Source: a virus
Lineage: Duplodnaviria; Caudoviricetes
DNA length: 62,801 nt
IMG/VR virus record: IMGVR_UViG_3300031460_000001
Coordinates: 1-62,801 of that record
Direction: 5' to 3' (one strand)
The position numbers and the translations under genes were made by a program. The notes beneath the pieces were generated by a model, which had not been told where the DNA came from, made no database searches, and saw nothing but the letters and a program-made list of their open reading frames with translations. Shown here one piece after another: positions 9,801 to 19,948 of the stretch (its first letter is position 1; each line of letters opens with the position of its first letter).

Positions 9801-10197
9801 GACGACCCCCCGCTTGATGGGCGATGCTGTTGCCCTCGACGGATGGTGATTGCGCGGCTGCAGCGTCTTCGCGTGCACGGAAAATGGCGGGCTGCAGTTG
9901 ATCGTTGACGGCCTGCCTGACGATGCCTTCCACCATCTTGCGCCCCTCCGCGTATCCGAAAACCGCCACCGCCGCCACGCCGATCGAACCCAACCCTATC
10001 ATAACGCCAAGCGCCGTAAGCAGGATCGACACGAAATCCTTATAATCGACCGTGACCGGCACGACCGATCCGTGGCGATGGAAGACCGTCGTATGGCCGG
10101 CATCGCCTCTGAGAATGAGCCACAGCGACAGGATGCAGGACGATGCGCAACAGAGCGCGACGACGATCCAAAACCCCAAGCGCAACGCTTTGAGCAC
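9790..10197 (-). CDS. Two-TM membrane protein in the immunity operon
   Basis: Two hydrophobic stretches; lies between cI and immA. Confidence 0.65.
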   Translation of the reverse strand: MLKALRLGFWIVVALCCASSCILSLWLILRGDAGHTTVFHRHGSVVPVTVDYKDFVSILLTALGVMIGLGSIGVAAVAVFGYAEGRKMVEGIVRQAVNDQLQPAIFRAREDAAAAQSPSVEGNSIAHQAGGRHEV

Positions 10198-10203
10198 GGT
10201 CCG

Positions 10204-10890
10204 CTACCGGCTCCGCTTCGCCGCGACCTTGATGCTGAGCCGACGTCGATCGTCATGCGTCACGCGGCTCCACTGGCGCGCCCGCACGACAGTCAGAACG
10301 TCTGCGGCCCATGTAAGTTCGACACCGAGGATCGGCGACGCCGTGGCATTGACGCTGATCAAGTTGTAGACGTTCGGCACCGCGGTCCGCAGGGCAAACT
10401 TCAGGAAGCGCCGGCCGTCTGCGGTCAGCACCGCCGCTTCCTCACCGTCCGGAATGCGCTCGAATGGAGTGCCGTCCCTGGGGCAGACTACGACGTCGCC
10501 AGGGCCATAACGCGGCACCATGGAATCGCCGACCACCTCGAAGCCGATGGCGTAGGGCGGCAACGGGATCACGGCTTCGGCGTCGTAATAGCCTTCGGGC
10601 GGCACCTGCTCCACACCCGCATCGATCTCGGCTCCGGCTCCGATACGGCCCATGATGGGGATGGTGGATCGGGAGGAAGCGGATTCACCTTCACCTGTCA
10701 GAAGCCATCCAGGGCCAACCTTGAAAGCGCGTCCATAGATGGAAGCCGCGCCACTATCGAAATTGTTCTGACCGTTTTCATGCGCGGCATAGGTCGAGGG
10801 CGACCAACCAAAGCGTAAGGCGGCAGCACGAGCTGCTGTGAAGCCAGCGTCCTCTCTCGCCTTCCGCAGTCGCGAACCCATGGTGTCCAT
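10204..10890 (-). CDS. CI-like repressor (XRE HTH + S24 peptidase)
   Basis: RLRKAREDAG...YAAHENG HTH; GAG (Ala-Gly) cleavage-site region; GDSM Ser and FLK Lys. Start uncertain (10881-10905). Confidence 0.9.
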   Translation of the reverse strand: MDTMGSRLRKAREDAGFTAARAAALRFGWSPSTYAAHENGQNNFDSGAASIYGRAFKVGPGWLLTGEGESASSRSTIPIMGRIGAGAEIDAGVEQVPPEGYYDAEAVIPLPPYAIGFEVVGDSMVPRYGPGDVVVCPRDGTPFERIPDGEEAAVLTADGRRFLKFALRTAVPNVYNLISVNATASPILGVELTWAADVLTVVRARQWSRVTHDDRRRLSIKVAAKRSR

Positions 10891-10898
10891 AAAGATTG

Positions 10899-10956
10899 TT
10901 CGCACGGCGTGTTAACAGAAATCATGTTGACGTCGCGAACACATATCGTGTAGACG
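10899..10956 (+). promoter_or_regulatory. Rightward promoter (PR-like) with operators
   Basis: TTGACG 10927-10932; operators AACAGAAATCATGTT (10914-10928) and AACACATATCGTGTA (10938-10952) match the pair at 9201-9230. Confidence 0.7.
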
Positions 10957-10985
10957 GGTTAGGCGACTTAGGAGCGCCTGTCCCG

Positions 10986-11237
10986 ATGCGAACCGTCCAC
11001 GACATCTTCCGAGAGTTCGACGGCCCCAAAGGCATCGCGCGAGTGATCGGTAAGGGTCACTCGACGGCATCGGAGATGAAGCGTCGGCGCTCTATCCCTG
11101 TCGAATATTGGCGGAAGTTGATCGAAAGCGAAAAAGGTCAGGAAATCGGTCTCACGACCGATGATTTGATGATCGCGCATACGATGCCCGCCGACCCCGC
11201 CCAGCCCGCTCCCGAGCCCGAGGGAGCGCCGGCGTGA
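10986..11237 (+). CDS. Cro-like protein
   Basis: Small HTH (IARVIGKGHSTASEMKRRRSIPVEYW) divergent from cI, with AGGAG RBS. Confidence 0.75.
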   Translation: MRTVHDIFREFDGPKGIARVIGKGHSTASEMKRRRSIPVEYWRKLIESEKGQEIGLTTDDLMIAHTMPADPAQPAPEPEGAPA

Positions 11238-11478
11238 CACCCTGTCGATCCTGCGGCGGCTCCGGCAAGCTCCAAGCTTATGGCTCTCGGACGCTACGGC
11301 CGTGTTCCTCATGCAAGGGCGCCGGCTGGCTTCCTGACGCATTCGCGGACGATCGGCCGTCTGCCCAGGGGATCGGTTCCGGCACCCAAGTGATGCCGAC
11401 CGATAGTGAGGCGCCGTTTCGCCCGTCACATGACCTGCCACTCGACGATCCCGAAGCTCTGACATCGGAGGATTTCTG

Positions 11479-11763
11479 ATGCACGTCGGATGTATCGCTG
11501 GCGCCACGCGAAACCTTGGCGCGCCTCTCGACTGGGAGCGAGACAAACACGGAATATGCGGCGGCCTGCCGATCCGTGACGAGATGCATGCGCCCGGCAT
11601 GCCTCGAATGGTTTCGGCATGGCTTCCAACTCCCGAAGAACTCCGTCTCCTCAATGCCGGGGCTCCCATCTACTTGACCGTCATAGGGGACGTGCATCCG
11701 CCTGTGTTTGTTTCCGTGGGGATGCCAGCGGCTCTCGAACCAGCCTCGGAGTCGGTTCAGTGA
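11479..11763 (+). CDS. Conserved hypothetical phage protein
   Basis: LGAPLDW...CGGLPIRD...SAWLPTPEEL..LNAG...HPPV; GGAGG RBS. Confidence 0.65.
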   Translation: MHVGCIAGATRNLGAPLDWERDKHGICGGLPIRDEMHAPGMPRMVSAWLPTPEELRLLNAGAPIYLTVIGDVHPPVFVSVGMPAALEPASESVQ

Positions 11764-12809
11764 CACCCGCCTTCACGACCCTCCAATCCTGCCCGTCCTG
11801 CAGCTCCCCGATGGTGCTGCATGTCCTGCCCCCGTGCCACGATCGCCCCGGCGTGTCGTTCCTGCGGTGCGTGGACTGCGGCACCGAGGACGGCCACCGG
11901 ATCGACCCCGCCACGCCGTCGATCGCGAGCCATGCCCGGCTCGAAAGCGGGCCGGCCATGACGGTGCAAGCGGGGACGCGGCGATGACGATCGGCCAATT
12001 CCTCAACGACAACAGCTTCGGCATCTTCCTCACCCTCGTCATCATCGCTGTAATACTGAGGGGCTGATCGTGCTTCACATCTTCCTCACCTGTTTCGTTG
12101 GCTACGCCTTGATCGCCGCCCTCCTGTTGTCGCCGGCGGCGCGGTTCGTGATCGCGGCTGGCTGGCTCTTGGTAACGGTCGGGATGGTGGTGATCGCCGG
12201 GCCGATCGTGCTCATAGGCTACGCGCTGTCATGCGTCGGCCTCGTGAGCGATGCACCTGGAGCGCCCCGATGATGGCGCTCCAAATCTACGCCGTCGGCG
12301 TCTCCCTCATCGCCGCGATAGCACTGCTCGGCTGGCACGACGCCACCACGCAATATCGCCGGCTGTCCAAACTCTATTGGGCCATCCTCACCGAGCGCTT
12401 CGGCAACGACGAAGCCGTCACGAGGCTCGGGCAGCAATGATCGACGCCCTCGCACTATACGCGCTCTCGATCTGGTTCGAGCCCGGCATCGTCAAAGCCG
12501 GCACCGTGGGTTTCGTCATCGTCGCCGGGACCATGCTCGCGGCCGTCCTTTACCGCCGCCAGCCAGGGGCGGACCTGTGAACATCGCCTTTGCCGCGCCC
12601 TGCGGCTTCCCGAACCCGGCCGCTCTTTCCTCCCGGTGGTCGGTTGACTCGGGAGCGTCGAGGCTAGTCCTCCGCTCCCGCTTTGTCCTCGCGTCGATCC
12701 TTGCCGGGACCTTCGCAAATTCCGCCTGTGTCGGGCCTGTCCATGGCCGCGATACGGGCCGGGGCAGCATAGCCCCGAGGTCCAGTTCCATCTGCGTCGG
12801 GGTCATCCC

Positions 12810-13226
12810 ATGATCCGATACGCAACGCTTCATCCCGCCTCCGTCAGCAACGCTTCGATGCACTCATCATCGGAGCAAGACATGCGACAGTCCGGGCTAC
12901 AGAAACGCCTAAATGGGTGCCGCGATGCGACAATTGTCGCGGACCGCATCAACGCCTTTCTGCGTAGACGCTACCCCTACATGACGACCAAGCGGGTCGC
13001 ATCCGACACCGGCATATCTCCGGCGACAGTCAGCAAATGGCTGGAGCGCAACAGCGCGCCGAGCTGCGCGCATATGGGGCGACTCTATTTCGCTTATGGC
13101 ATCGACTTCTTCGCTGCAGCGTTTCCGTGTCCATCACTGGAGCGCGCGGCCCTAGTTGATCGACAGGCAAAACTTGAAGCCGAAGCCGAACGCATCAGGG
13201 CCAGGATCGCGGAGTGCCGCCCATGA
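12810..13226 (+). CDS. HTH protein (CII-position regulator)
   Basis: KRVASDTGISPATVSKWL HTH; located downstream of cro. Confidence 0.6.
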   Translation: MIRYATLHPASVSNASMHSSSEQDMRQSGLQKRLNGCRDATIVADRINAFLRRRYPYMTTKRVASDTGISPATVSKWLERNSAPSCAHMGRLYFAYGIDFFAAAFPCPSLERAALVDRQAKLEAEAERIRARIAECRP

Positions 13227-13596
13227 AGAGCGCAAACCGCATCATGGGGCTTTTCTGTGCCTGGCTGGCCGGGGTTCGGCTGAGGCGAGCCGACGCGCAT
13301 GTGAGGGCCTACGAGGCTTGGATGCGGCACGCCAAGGAATTCGAGGCACGCTCATGAGCGCCCACCGCACCGCACTCTCCGCCCCTCTCAACGGCCATAC
13401 CGTCGAGGTCGAGGCGCGACCGGAGACCATTACCTTTGCCGGCCATCCCTGGACCGTGATCGCACGGGACGGCGACCACATCGGCATTCGCCGGGACGGG
13501 ACCGAGATCCGCAAGTGGGTCCACCAGGATTTGCTGAAACCGCTGGCGAAGACGTGATCGACGCCATCCTAGAAACTTCGGACAGGAGAACAACAA

Positions 13597-14019
13597 ATGG
13601 AACCTCTACAGCATAACGAAGCCGTATCCTTCACAATGGAAATCGTGGTCGGCTATGTCGGCAACAACAGCGTACCGGCCGAGGATCTTCCGGGGCTCAT
13701 CCACAGCGTTTATCGCACCATCGCGGACCTCGGCTGGCCGGAGCCTGTGAAGGTGCCGGCCGAACCGCTGAAGCCGGCCGTATCGATCAAGGCTTCGATC
13801 ACGCCGGACTACCTCATCTGCCTCGACGATGGACTACGGTTCAAGTCGCTGCGGCGACACCTCGGCACGCTCGGCATGACGCCTGCGGACTATCGGGCCA
13901 AGTGGGGGTTGCCGACAGAATATCCGATGGTGGCGCCAAACTACTCCGCCAAACGCACGGAGCTGGCGAAGTCCATTGGGCTCGGCAAGGGCCGGCCGAA
14001 GCTGACGGCGGTAGCCTGA
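13597..14019 (+). CDS. mucR: MucR/Ros-family zinc-finger transcriptional regulator
   Basis: IVVGYVGNN...PAVSIKASITPDYLICLDDG..FKSLRRHL...YRAKWGLP..YPMVAPNYS..R.ELAK.IGLG. Confidence 0.92.
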   Translation: MEPLQHNEAVSFTMEIVVGYVGNNSVPAEDLPGLIHSVYRTIADLGWPEPVKVPAEPLKPAVSIKASITPDYLICLDDGLRFKSLRRHLGTLGMTPADYRAKWGLPTEYPMVAPNYSAKRTELAKSIGLGKGRPKLTAVA

Positions 14020-14021
14020 GC

Positions 14022-14144
14022 GTGGAAACTTTGATCGGCCCATGCGGGAAGTTTATAGGTTACTTCGAAACACCAGAAAAGGCACATGCTGCATACATTT
14101 CTGCATCCCAGAAAATAGCTGGTGAATTCGCGAGGTGTGAGTAA
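14022..14144 (+). pseudogene. AP2-domain remnant (fragment of an HNH-AP2 gene)
   Basis: IGYFETPEKAHAAYISASQKIAGEFAR is the C-terminus of an AP2 domain; AT-rich. Confidence 0.55.
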
Positions 14145-14632
14145 TGGCTGATCTTTGTTTTTTAGGAGTTGATCCAGGCATCTCGGGCGCGTGCGCTTTC
14201 TTCTTCCCGGCGGCCCCCAACAGGGTCGCCGTCGAGGACATGCCCGTCACCGATAAGCAGGTCGTGCCGGCCGCCATGGCCCGCATGATCCAGCGATTCG
14301 CCCCGACACATGCCTATGTCGAGGCCGTGCATTCAATGCCGAGAGACGGCCATCAGGCTGCCTTCAAATTCGGCCGCAGCTTCGGGACCGCACTCGGCGT
14401 GTTGGGCGCGCTCGACGTTCCTATGACGCTGGTGACGCCACAAACGTGGAAGCGAGCCTATCGCCTGGGCGGCGAGGACGCGAAGGAACGGGCTCGCGCC
14501 ATAGCGCAGCGGTTGTTTCCGGCCAGCGTCGAGCATTTCCAGCGCATCAAAGATCATGGGCGGGCTGAAGCGGCATTAATTGCTTTGTACGGTAGCGGCT
14601 ATTCCGTCACGAGAACGGGAGAGACCGCATGA
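14144..14632 (+). CDS. RuvC-like Holliday junction resolvase
   Basis: LGVDPGISG; YVE; AFKFGRSFG; VTPQTWK; DHGRAEAALIA. Confidence 0.85.
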   Translation: MADLCFLGVDPGISGACAFFFPAAPNRVAVEDMPVTDKQVVPAAMARMIQRFAPTHAYVEAVHSMPRDGHQAAFKFGRSFGTALGVLGALDVPMTLVTPQTWKRAYRLGGEDAKERARAIAQRLFPASVEHFQRIKDHGRAEAALIALYGSGYSVTRTGETA

Positions 14633-15165
14633 GCGCGCTGTTCCCGCCGGCCCTCATCACGGCCGTATGTTCGGCTCGATGGTCCATGACGTCGGCCGCC
14701 ATCGCGGCGCGGCACGGCATCACCCGGAACCAGGTCTGGCACCTCTGGCATACGCACCGCGGGCTCATCCCCGCGCGACCACCGACCGTCGATGGCGACG
14801 GCGCTGTGCCACCTGGCCTGCTGACTGTTCTGTACCGGGCTTTGACCGATGCAGGGGACCGAGGCCTGACGGTCGATGAGATCGTCGCGCTGACCTACGT
14901 TGGCAGGCCTCCAGCGGACTTCGCCAGGGTCACCCGGAAGCGACTGTCGAGCCTTCGCGTCCGGCTGCCAGAGGGGTCGATCGTGCCGGTGCCGGGCGAC
15001 CGCTACGCGCTGGCGAGGGTCGAGGCAGCGGAGCGGGTCGCACCACCGCCGGAGCGGCCGGCCGGGCTCGCGGAGAGCTTTGGTGTCACAGCGGTCGAGC
15101 GCCGGATCGGTGACACGATGGTGTCGCTGGCGCGGGTGCGGTTCCTCGACGGAGCGCGCCAATGA
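14629..15165 (+). CDS. Hypothetical protein with HTH
   Basis: IAARHGITRNQV; ATGA-coupled on both sides. Confidence 0.55.
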   Translation: MSALFPPALITAVCSARWSMTSAAIAARHGITRNQVWHLWHTHRGLIPARPPTVDGDGAVPPGLLTVLYRALTDAGDRGLTVDEIVALTYVGRPPADFARVTRKRLSSLRVRLPEGSIVPVPGDRYALARVEAAERVAPPPERPAGLAESFGVTAVERRIGDTMVSLARVRFLDGARQ

Positions 15166-15623
15166 CCGTCCTCGCCATGATCAAACACAACGGCGGTCTA
15201 CTCCCGATGGACGAAGCCGCGACCGAAGCGCTGGCCAAGATCGCCAAGGGCCGCGAGGTGCTGGTCGAGGTCAAGACACCTCGGAACCCACGGTTTCATC
15301 GCCTGTTCTTCGGCCTGCTCAACCTGCTGGTCGAGAACAGCAGCGCTTTCATCAACATCGAGGATGCTCTGAAGCGCGTCAAGATCGCCTGCGGCGAGGT
15401 GGACGAGTTAATCGACGCCGACACCGGGCAGGTGTTCTACACGCTGCGCTCGATCGCCTTTGCCTCGATGGATCAAACGCGATTTTCGTCGCTGTTTGAT
15501 CTCGCCGTGAAAGTGATCACCGAGAGGTGGCTCGTCGGTACGAGCCAGGACGATTTGAGGCAGCGGGTCTACGATCTCGTGGATGGACCCGTGTCGTCCT
15601 CGCTAGGCCGGAGGGTTGCCTAG
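15162..15623 (+). CDS. DUF1367-like phage protein
   Basis: PRNPRFHRLFF...SIAFASMDQTRF motif. Confidence 0.7.
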   Translation: MTVLAMIKHNGGLLPMDEAATEALAKIAKGREVLVEVKTPRNPRFHRLFFGLLNLLVENSSAFINIEDALKRVKIACGEVDELIDADTGQVFYTLRSIAFASMDQTRFSSLFDLAVKVITERWLVGTSQDDLRQRVYDLVDGPVSSSLGRRVA

Positions 15624-16119
15624 ATGCCGATCCCCGTCCCCGGCACACCCGACTACACGGCCTATCGCGGCAGCTTCATCGCGACACCGTTGCGCGAACC
15701 CTCGCGCCAACCTGTCATGACCGTACCGCCGCTCGACCTGTTGCCGGAATGCCCCGTTACGGGCTCGCGGTTCGCCACGCATCGAGAGTGGGTCGAAGCT
15801 CTCTGGGAAACCGGGGTGCTCGATACGGTCGACATAGCCGAAATCATCGGTGGCAAGACGACGGAAGCCTATGTCTGCCGCGTCCTCGCTAAGCTGCGGG
15901 AGGTGCGCCAGTGACCCGCCGCGCCCGTCTCGCCGATGGCGTCGAAGCCTACGTCTGCCCCGAATGCGACGGTATCCACCTCGCCCTCACGCACGGCGAT
16001 AGCACAGTGATGGCTGGCATCGTGCTGACTGCCGAGGAAGTCATGACGCTGGCCGGGGATCTCGTGGACTTGGCCGACGAGTCCCGCGAGCGCACGCGGC
16101 CCATGGCGGAGATGGTCCA

Positions 16120-16686
16120 TTGAGCCGTCGCCGCATCTCGACCACCGAGCGCCTGGCCCTCTTCAAGTGCCATCGCGGCAAGCCTTTAGCCGACGAAGAG
16201 CGTGGGCAGCACTCTCACATTACCGGAGAGCGATTGATTGAGCTTGAAAATTTCTGTCTCTGCGCAATACGCGAGGGCATCTCACAGGGTGAGCTTGTCA
16301 CATATCTCGGAGCTTCAAGGTCCAGAGTCTCACGTTGGTGCGTTGCTGCCGTAACAAAAAGCGGTGTTCACAATGATCGTCGCCTTATTCAACTGCATAG
16401 CAAGACACTCGTTCAGCGCCTTTTCGACAGAATGGGATCACCCGAAAACACATGCTGGACTTGGCAAGGATCGCTAGAGGATGAGCGATATGGCAGCTTT
16501 GCTTTTGATGGAACTACCACCAAGGTTCATCGTCTTGTGTACGATACATTCCTAGGTCCAATTCCTGATGGATTTGAGGTGGATCATATCTGCACAAATC
16601 CAGCCTGTGTAAATCCTAAGCATCTTCAAGTGGTTTCTAGTTCGGAGAACCAGACCTTCGCTTCTGTTCGTCGGAGAGGCAAATGA
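16120..16686 (+). CDS. HNH endonuclease
   Basis: CWTWQG...YG...VHRLVY...GPIP...VDHICTNPACVNPKHL; low-GC core. Confidence 0.85.
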   Translation: MSRRRISTTERLALFKCHRGKPLADEERGQHSHITGERLIELENFCLCAIREGISQGELVTYLGASRSRVSRWCVAAVTKSGVHNDRRLIQLHSKTLVQRLFDRMGSPENTCWTWQGSLEDERYGSFAFDGTTTKVHRLVYDTFLGPIPDGFEVDHICTNPACVNPKHLQVVSSSENQTFASVRRRGK

Positions 16687-17051
16687 GAAGGGATTTCTCC
16701 CGCAAAGTTAAACTCGCCGCCTTCGCTCGCGCCGCGGGCCGATGCGAGATGTGTTCAGGTCCGCTCAGCGTCGGGCACTTCGACTATGATCACCGGGTCC
16801 CGGACGCCCTCGGGGGCGACCCCACGCTCGACAACTGCGTTGTGGCCTGTTCGGCCTGCCACGACGGCAAGACCGCCAAGGTGGACTTGCCGACCATCGC
16901 CCGAGCGAAGCGCAGAGAGGCGTCCCATCTCGGCGCCCGCGCCGCGCCGAAGCGGCCCATCCGGTCTGCGGGCTTCCCAGCGAGCGCGAAACGCGCGGCA
17001 AATCCCATGCCGGGACTGCCTAGGCGGGCATTGTACGGGGAGGTGTCATGA
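16683..17051 (+). CDS. HNH endonuclease (CxxC-HNH-CxxC)
   Basis: CEMC...DYDH....LGG...DNC...C..CH..KT. Confidence 0.85.
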   Translation: MRRDFSRKVKLAAFARAAGRCEMCSGPLSVGHFDYDHRVPDALGGDPTLDNCVVACSACHDGKTAKVDLPTIARAKRREASHLGARAAPKRPIRSAGFPASAKRAANPMPGLPRRALYGEVS

Positions 17052-17383
17052 TCGACGCCTCTACATCGCAGGAACGCACGCGCGAAGGTCTGACCGCGCA
17101 TGAACTCGCGATGCTGCGCCTATTGCAAGATGCCATTTCAGATGAAGCCCAGCGCAAACCCACGATCGACGAGATGCAAGTATGGGCTGAGAGCATGGGG
17201 CGTCGCGAGTTCACCGCCGTACATATAGCGTCGAACGTCAACGGCTACGTGCCGACACATTACGTTCGATCGCTCGCCATAGCACGATCCCTAGATCAGT
17301 TCCTCGCTTGGTGCGTCGAACACCGTGAAGACGTCGAGACCCTATTCCGAGCGAAGCAACACAGCCGGCGGAGACAAGGGTGA
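17048..17383 (+). CDS. Hypothetical protein
   Basis: Coupled ORF with GAGG RBS. Confidence 0.55.
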   Translation: MIDASTSQERTREGLTAHELAMLRLLQDAISDEAQRKPTIDEMQVWAESMGRREFTAVHIASNVNGYVPTHYVRSLAIARSLDQFLAWCVEHREDVETLFRAKQHSRRRQG

Positions 17384-17931
17384 ACAGACCTTGGATGCCG
17401 TTCTATATTGCTGATTATCTGGCTGACACAGGCCATCTCAGCACAATGGAACACGGCGCATACCTGCTTTTGATTTTCCATTATTGGCAGAACAACGGCA
17501 TCCCGTCGGAAGACACGCGATTGGCCCGGATCGCTAGAGTAAGCGCGAAGGAGTGGAAAGCAATGAAGCCCACTATCGGAGCTTTCTTTGACGAAGACTG
17601 GAAACACGTTCGGATAGAGCGCGAAATTGCAGATAGCATTGCTAGATACGAAAGGCGAGCCAGCGCCGGTTCCCAAGGTGGCAATGCTAGAGCAATGCTA
17701 CTTCGTGGCGGTAGCAATGCTAAACCAATGCCACAGCAAAAACGCAGCAATGCTCAAGCATACGCGGGGGACGCGACAACCACAACCACAACCCTTCGGG
17801 TAACCCAGCCGAAACGAGCAGAGCCTAGGGGAGCTACTAACCTAGGGGGTAGTGGTTCACCTGGCCCGAATGGCTGCGCTCCAGCTTTCGACGACGCCCC
17901 GTTCGGCCGCGACGGCGAGGTGCCCCGATGA
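17380..17931 (+). CDS. DUF1376/YdaU-family replication initiator-like protein
   Basis: PWMPFYIADYLADTGHLS..EHGAYLLL..YW. Confidence 0.85.
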   Translation: MNRPWMPFYIADYLADTGHLSTMEHGAYLLLIFHYWQNNGIPSEDTRLARIARVSAKEWKAMKPTIGAFFDEDWKHVRIEREIADSIARYERRASAGSQGGNARAMLLRGGSNAKPMPQQKRSNAQAYAGDATTTTTTLRVTQPKRAEPRGATNLGGSGSPGPNGCAPAFDDAPFGRDGEVPR

Positions 17932-18494
17932 TGCGGGAGCTCCGGCCTCACCAAATCCAGGCTGAGCGATGGCTTCCCGTCGTCGGCTATGAGGGTTTGT
18001 ACGAGGTCAGCGACGATGGTCGAGTTCGGAGCCTGGACCGCGTTGTGGCCATGGTTTTCAACGGCAAGCCAGGAACACGGGTGTTTGTTGGCTGTATCCT
18101 GCGACCCTCTGCGCCGAAGGGTCGACGGCAGGTCATTCTGTACCGGGACCGATCCGAATCAACGCGGTCGATATCGCGACTGGTCTGCGAAGCGTTTCAT
18201 GGGTCTGCGCCGCTCGGCCATGAGGCCGCGCACGGCGATGGAAACACGCTGAACGATCATGCCTCAAATCTTCGCTGGGCTACTCACGAGGAGAACCTGA
18301 GCGACAAGGTAATCCACGGTACGGATCCTGTCGGCAGCCGCAACGGGCAGGCCAAACTGACTGAGCAGGAGGTCTCAGAAATCAAGGCACTTCGCGGACT
18401 TCGGTCACAGCGGCAAATTGCCGAACAGTTCGGCATACACCAGTCGGGAGTGTCCCAGATCTTGTCGGGCAAGATCTGGGGAGGCGCTCGATGA
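17928..18494 (+). CDS. NUMOD4-HNH homing endonuclease with C-terminal HTH
   Basis: ERWLPVVGYEGLYEVSDDGRVRS (NUMOD4); H.DGN..ND...NLRWAT..EN; IAEQFGI.QS.VS.I. Confidence 0.88.
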   Translation: MMRELRPHQIQAERWLPVVGYEGLYEVSDDGRVRSLDRVVAMVFNGKPGTRVFVGCILRPSAPKGRRQVILYRDRSESTRSISRLVCEAFHGSAPLGHEAAHGDGNTLNDHASNLRWATHEENLSDKVIHGTDPVGSRNGQAKLTEQEVSEIKALRGLRSQRQIAEQFGIHQSGVSQILSGKIWGGAR

Positions 18495-19948
18495 ACCGCA
18501 GTCTCTGGCCTCACCAAGTCGACGGCATCGCCATGCTCCGGCACTCACTCGGGTCGGGAAGGCGCCGTCCGATGCTCGCCTCGCCAACCGGATCGGGCAA
18601 GACCCTGCTGACGGCAGCCATCGTCGATGGCGCGCTTCGCAAGGGCAAGCGAGTTTGCTTCATCGTCCCCGCTATCTCGCTTATCAATCAGACCGTGAAA
18701 GCCTTCTACGACGAGGGCATTTCAGATGTCGGTGTGATCCAAGCATCGCACCCGATGACCAATCCGAGCCGACCTGTACAGGTCGCCAGCGTGCAAACCC
18801 TGCATCGTCGGGAGCGCCCTAAAGCCGATCTTTTCGTGATCGACGAGGCGCATATCCTGCACAAAACCCACAAGGATCTGCTGTCCGACGAGGCGCTTCG
18901 ATCGGTTCCCATGATTGGGCTTTCGGCGACTCCGTGGCGCAGGGGTCTGGGCAAATTCTACGACGACCTACTCGTCGTGACGACGACGCAGCGCCTTATC
19001 GACGGCGGTTTTTTGTCGCGCTTCAAGGTCTTCGCACCCTCCCATCCTGACCTCAGCGGCGTGCGGACGGTAGCAGGCGATTATCAGCAAGACGAACTCT
19101 CCGACGCGATGAACACCTCGCCGCTTGTGGCGGACGTGGTGAGCAACTGGCTGGCTAACGGCGAGGGCCGCCCGACGCTGTGCTTCGCGGTGGACCGGGC
19201 GCACGCAAAGCATCTCCAGGAACAGTTTCTCGCTGCCGGGGTGCCGGCTGGGTACATCGACTGCAACGTGGACGGGGAAGACCGCGAGCCGATCCTGAAG
19301 CAGTTCAGGCGCGGCGATCTGAAGGTGATCTGCAACGTCGGCACGATGACGACGGGTGTCGATCTCGATGTACGGTGCCTCATCTTGGCGCGCCCTACGA
19401 AAAGCGAATCGCTGTTCGTGCAGATTATCGGCCGCGCGCTCCGTACCGCGACTGGCAAGGATCACGCGATCATCTTCGACCATTCGGACACTCACGCCCG
19501 GCTGGGGTTTGTGACGGACATCCACCACGACAAACTTGATGACGGGTCCAGTCCAGGCGAGGCGAAGCCGCGACCGAAGCCGAAACCGAAGGAATGTCCT
19601 CAGTGTCATTTCCTTCGTCCGGCAAAGGTCTCACTCTGTCCCGCGTGCGGTTTCAAACCTGCTCGGCAATGTGATGTCGAGGTCGAGGATGGAGAGCTAA
19701 TCGAACTCGGCGCGGCCTCGCGAGAGAACCGCCACGCTGCCAAGGCCGAACAGCAGCGGTGGTTTTCCATGTTGCTCGGTGTCGCCGAGGCGCGCGGTTA
19801 CAAACCTGGATGGGCTGCAGCCAACTACAAGGATCGCTTCAAGGCGTGGCCTGATGGGCTCGACAAGCGCCCGTGCGAACCGAGCCCCGAAGTGGTGTCG
19901 TGGGTTCGCCACAAGATGATCCAGTTTGCGAAAAGGCGCGCCGCGTGA
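18491..19948 (+). CDS. SF2 DEAH-box helicase with zinc ribbon
   Basis: PTGSGKT; DEAH; SAT; TTGVD; QIIGRALR; CPQC...CPAC. Confidence 0.93.
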   Translation: MNRSLWPHQVDGIAMLRHSLGSGRRRPMLASPTGSGKTLLTAAIVDGALRKGKRVCFIVPAISLINQTVKAFYDEGISDVGVIQASHPMTNPSRPVQVASVQTLHRRERPKADLFVIDEAHILHKTHKDLLSDEALRSVPMIGLSATPWRRGLGKFYDDLLVVTTTQRLIDGGFLSRFKVFAPSHPDLSGVRTVAGDYQQDELSDAMNTSPLVADVVSNWLANGEGRPTLCFAVDRAHAKHLQEQFLAAGVPAGYIDCNVDGEDREPILKQFRRGDLKVICNVGTMTTGVDLDVRCLILARPTKSESLFVQIIGRALRTATGKDHAIIFDHSDTHARLGFVTDIHHDKLDDGSSPGEAKPRPKPKPKECPQCHFLRPAKVSLCPACGFKPARQCDVEVEDGELIELGAASRENRHAAKAEQQRWFSMLLGVAEARGYKPGWAAANYKDRFKAWPDGLDKRPCEPSPEVVSWVRHKMIQFAKRRAA

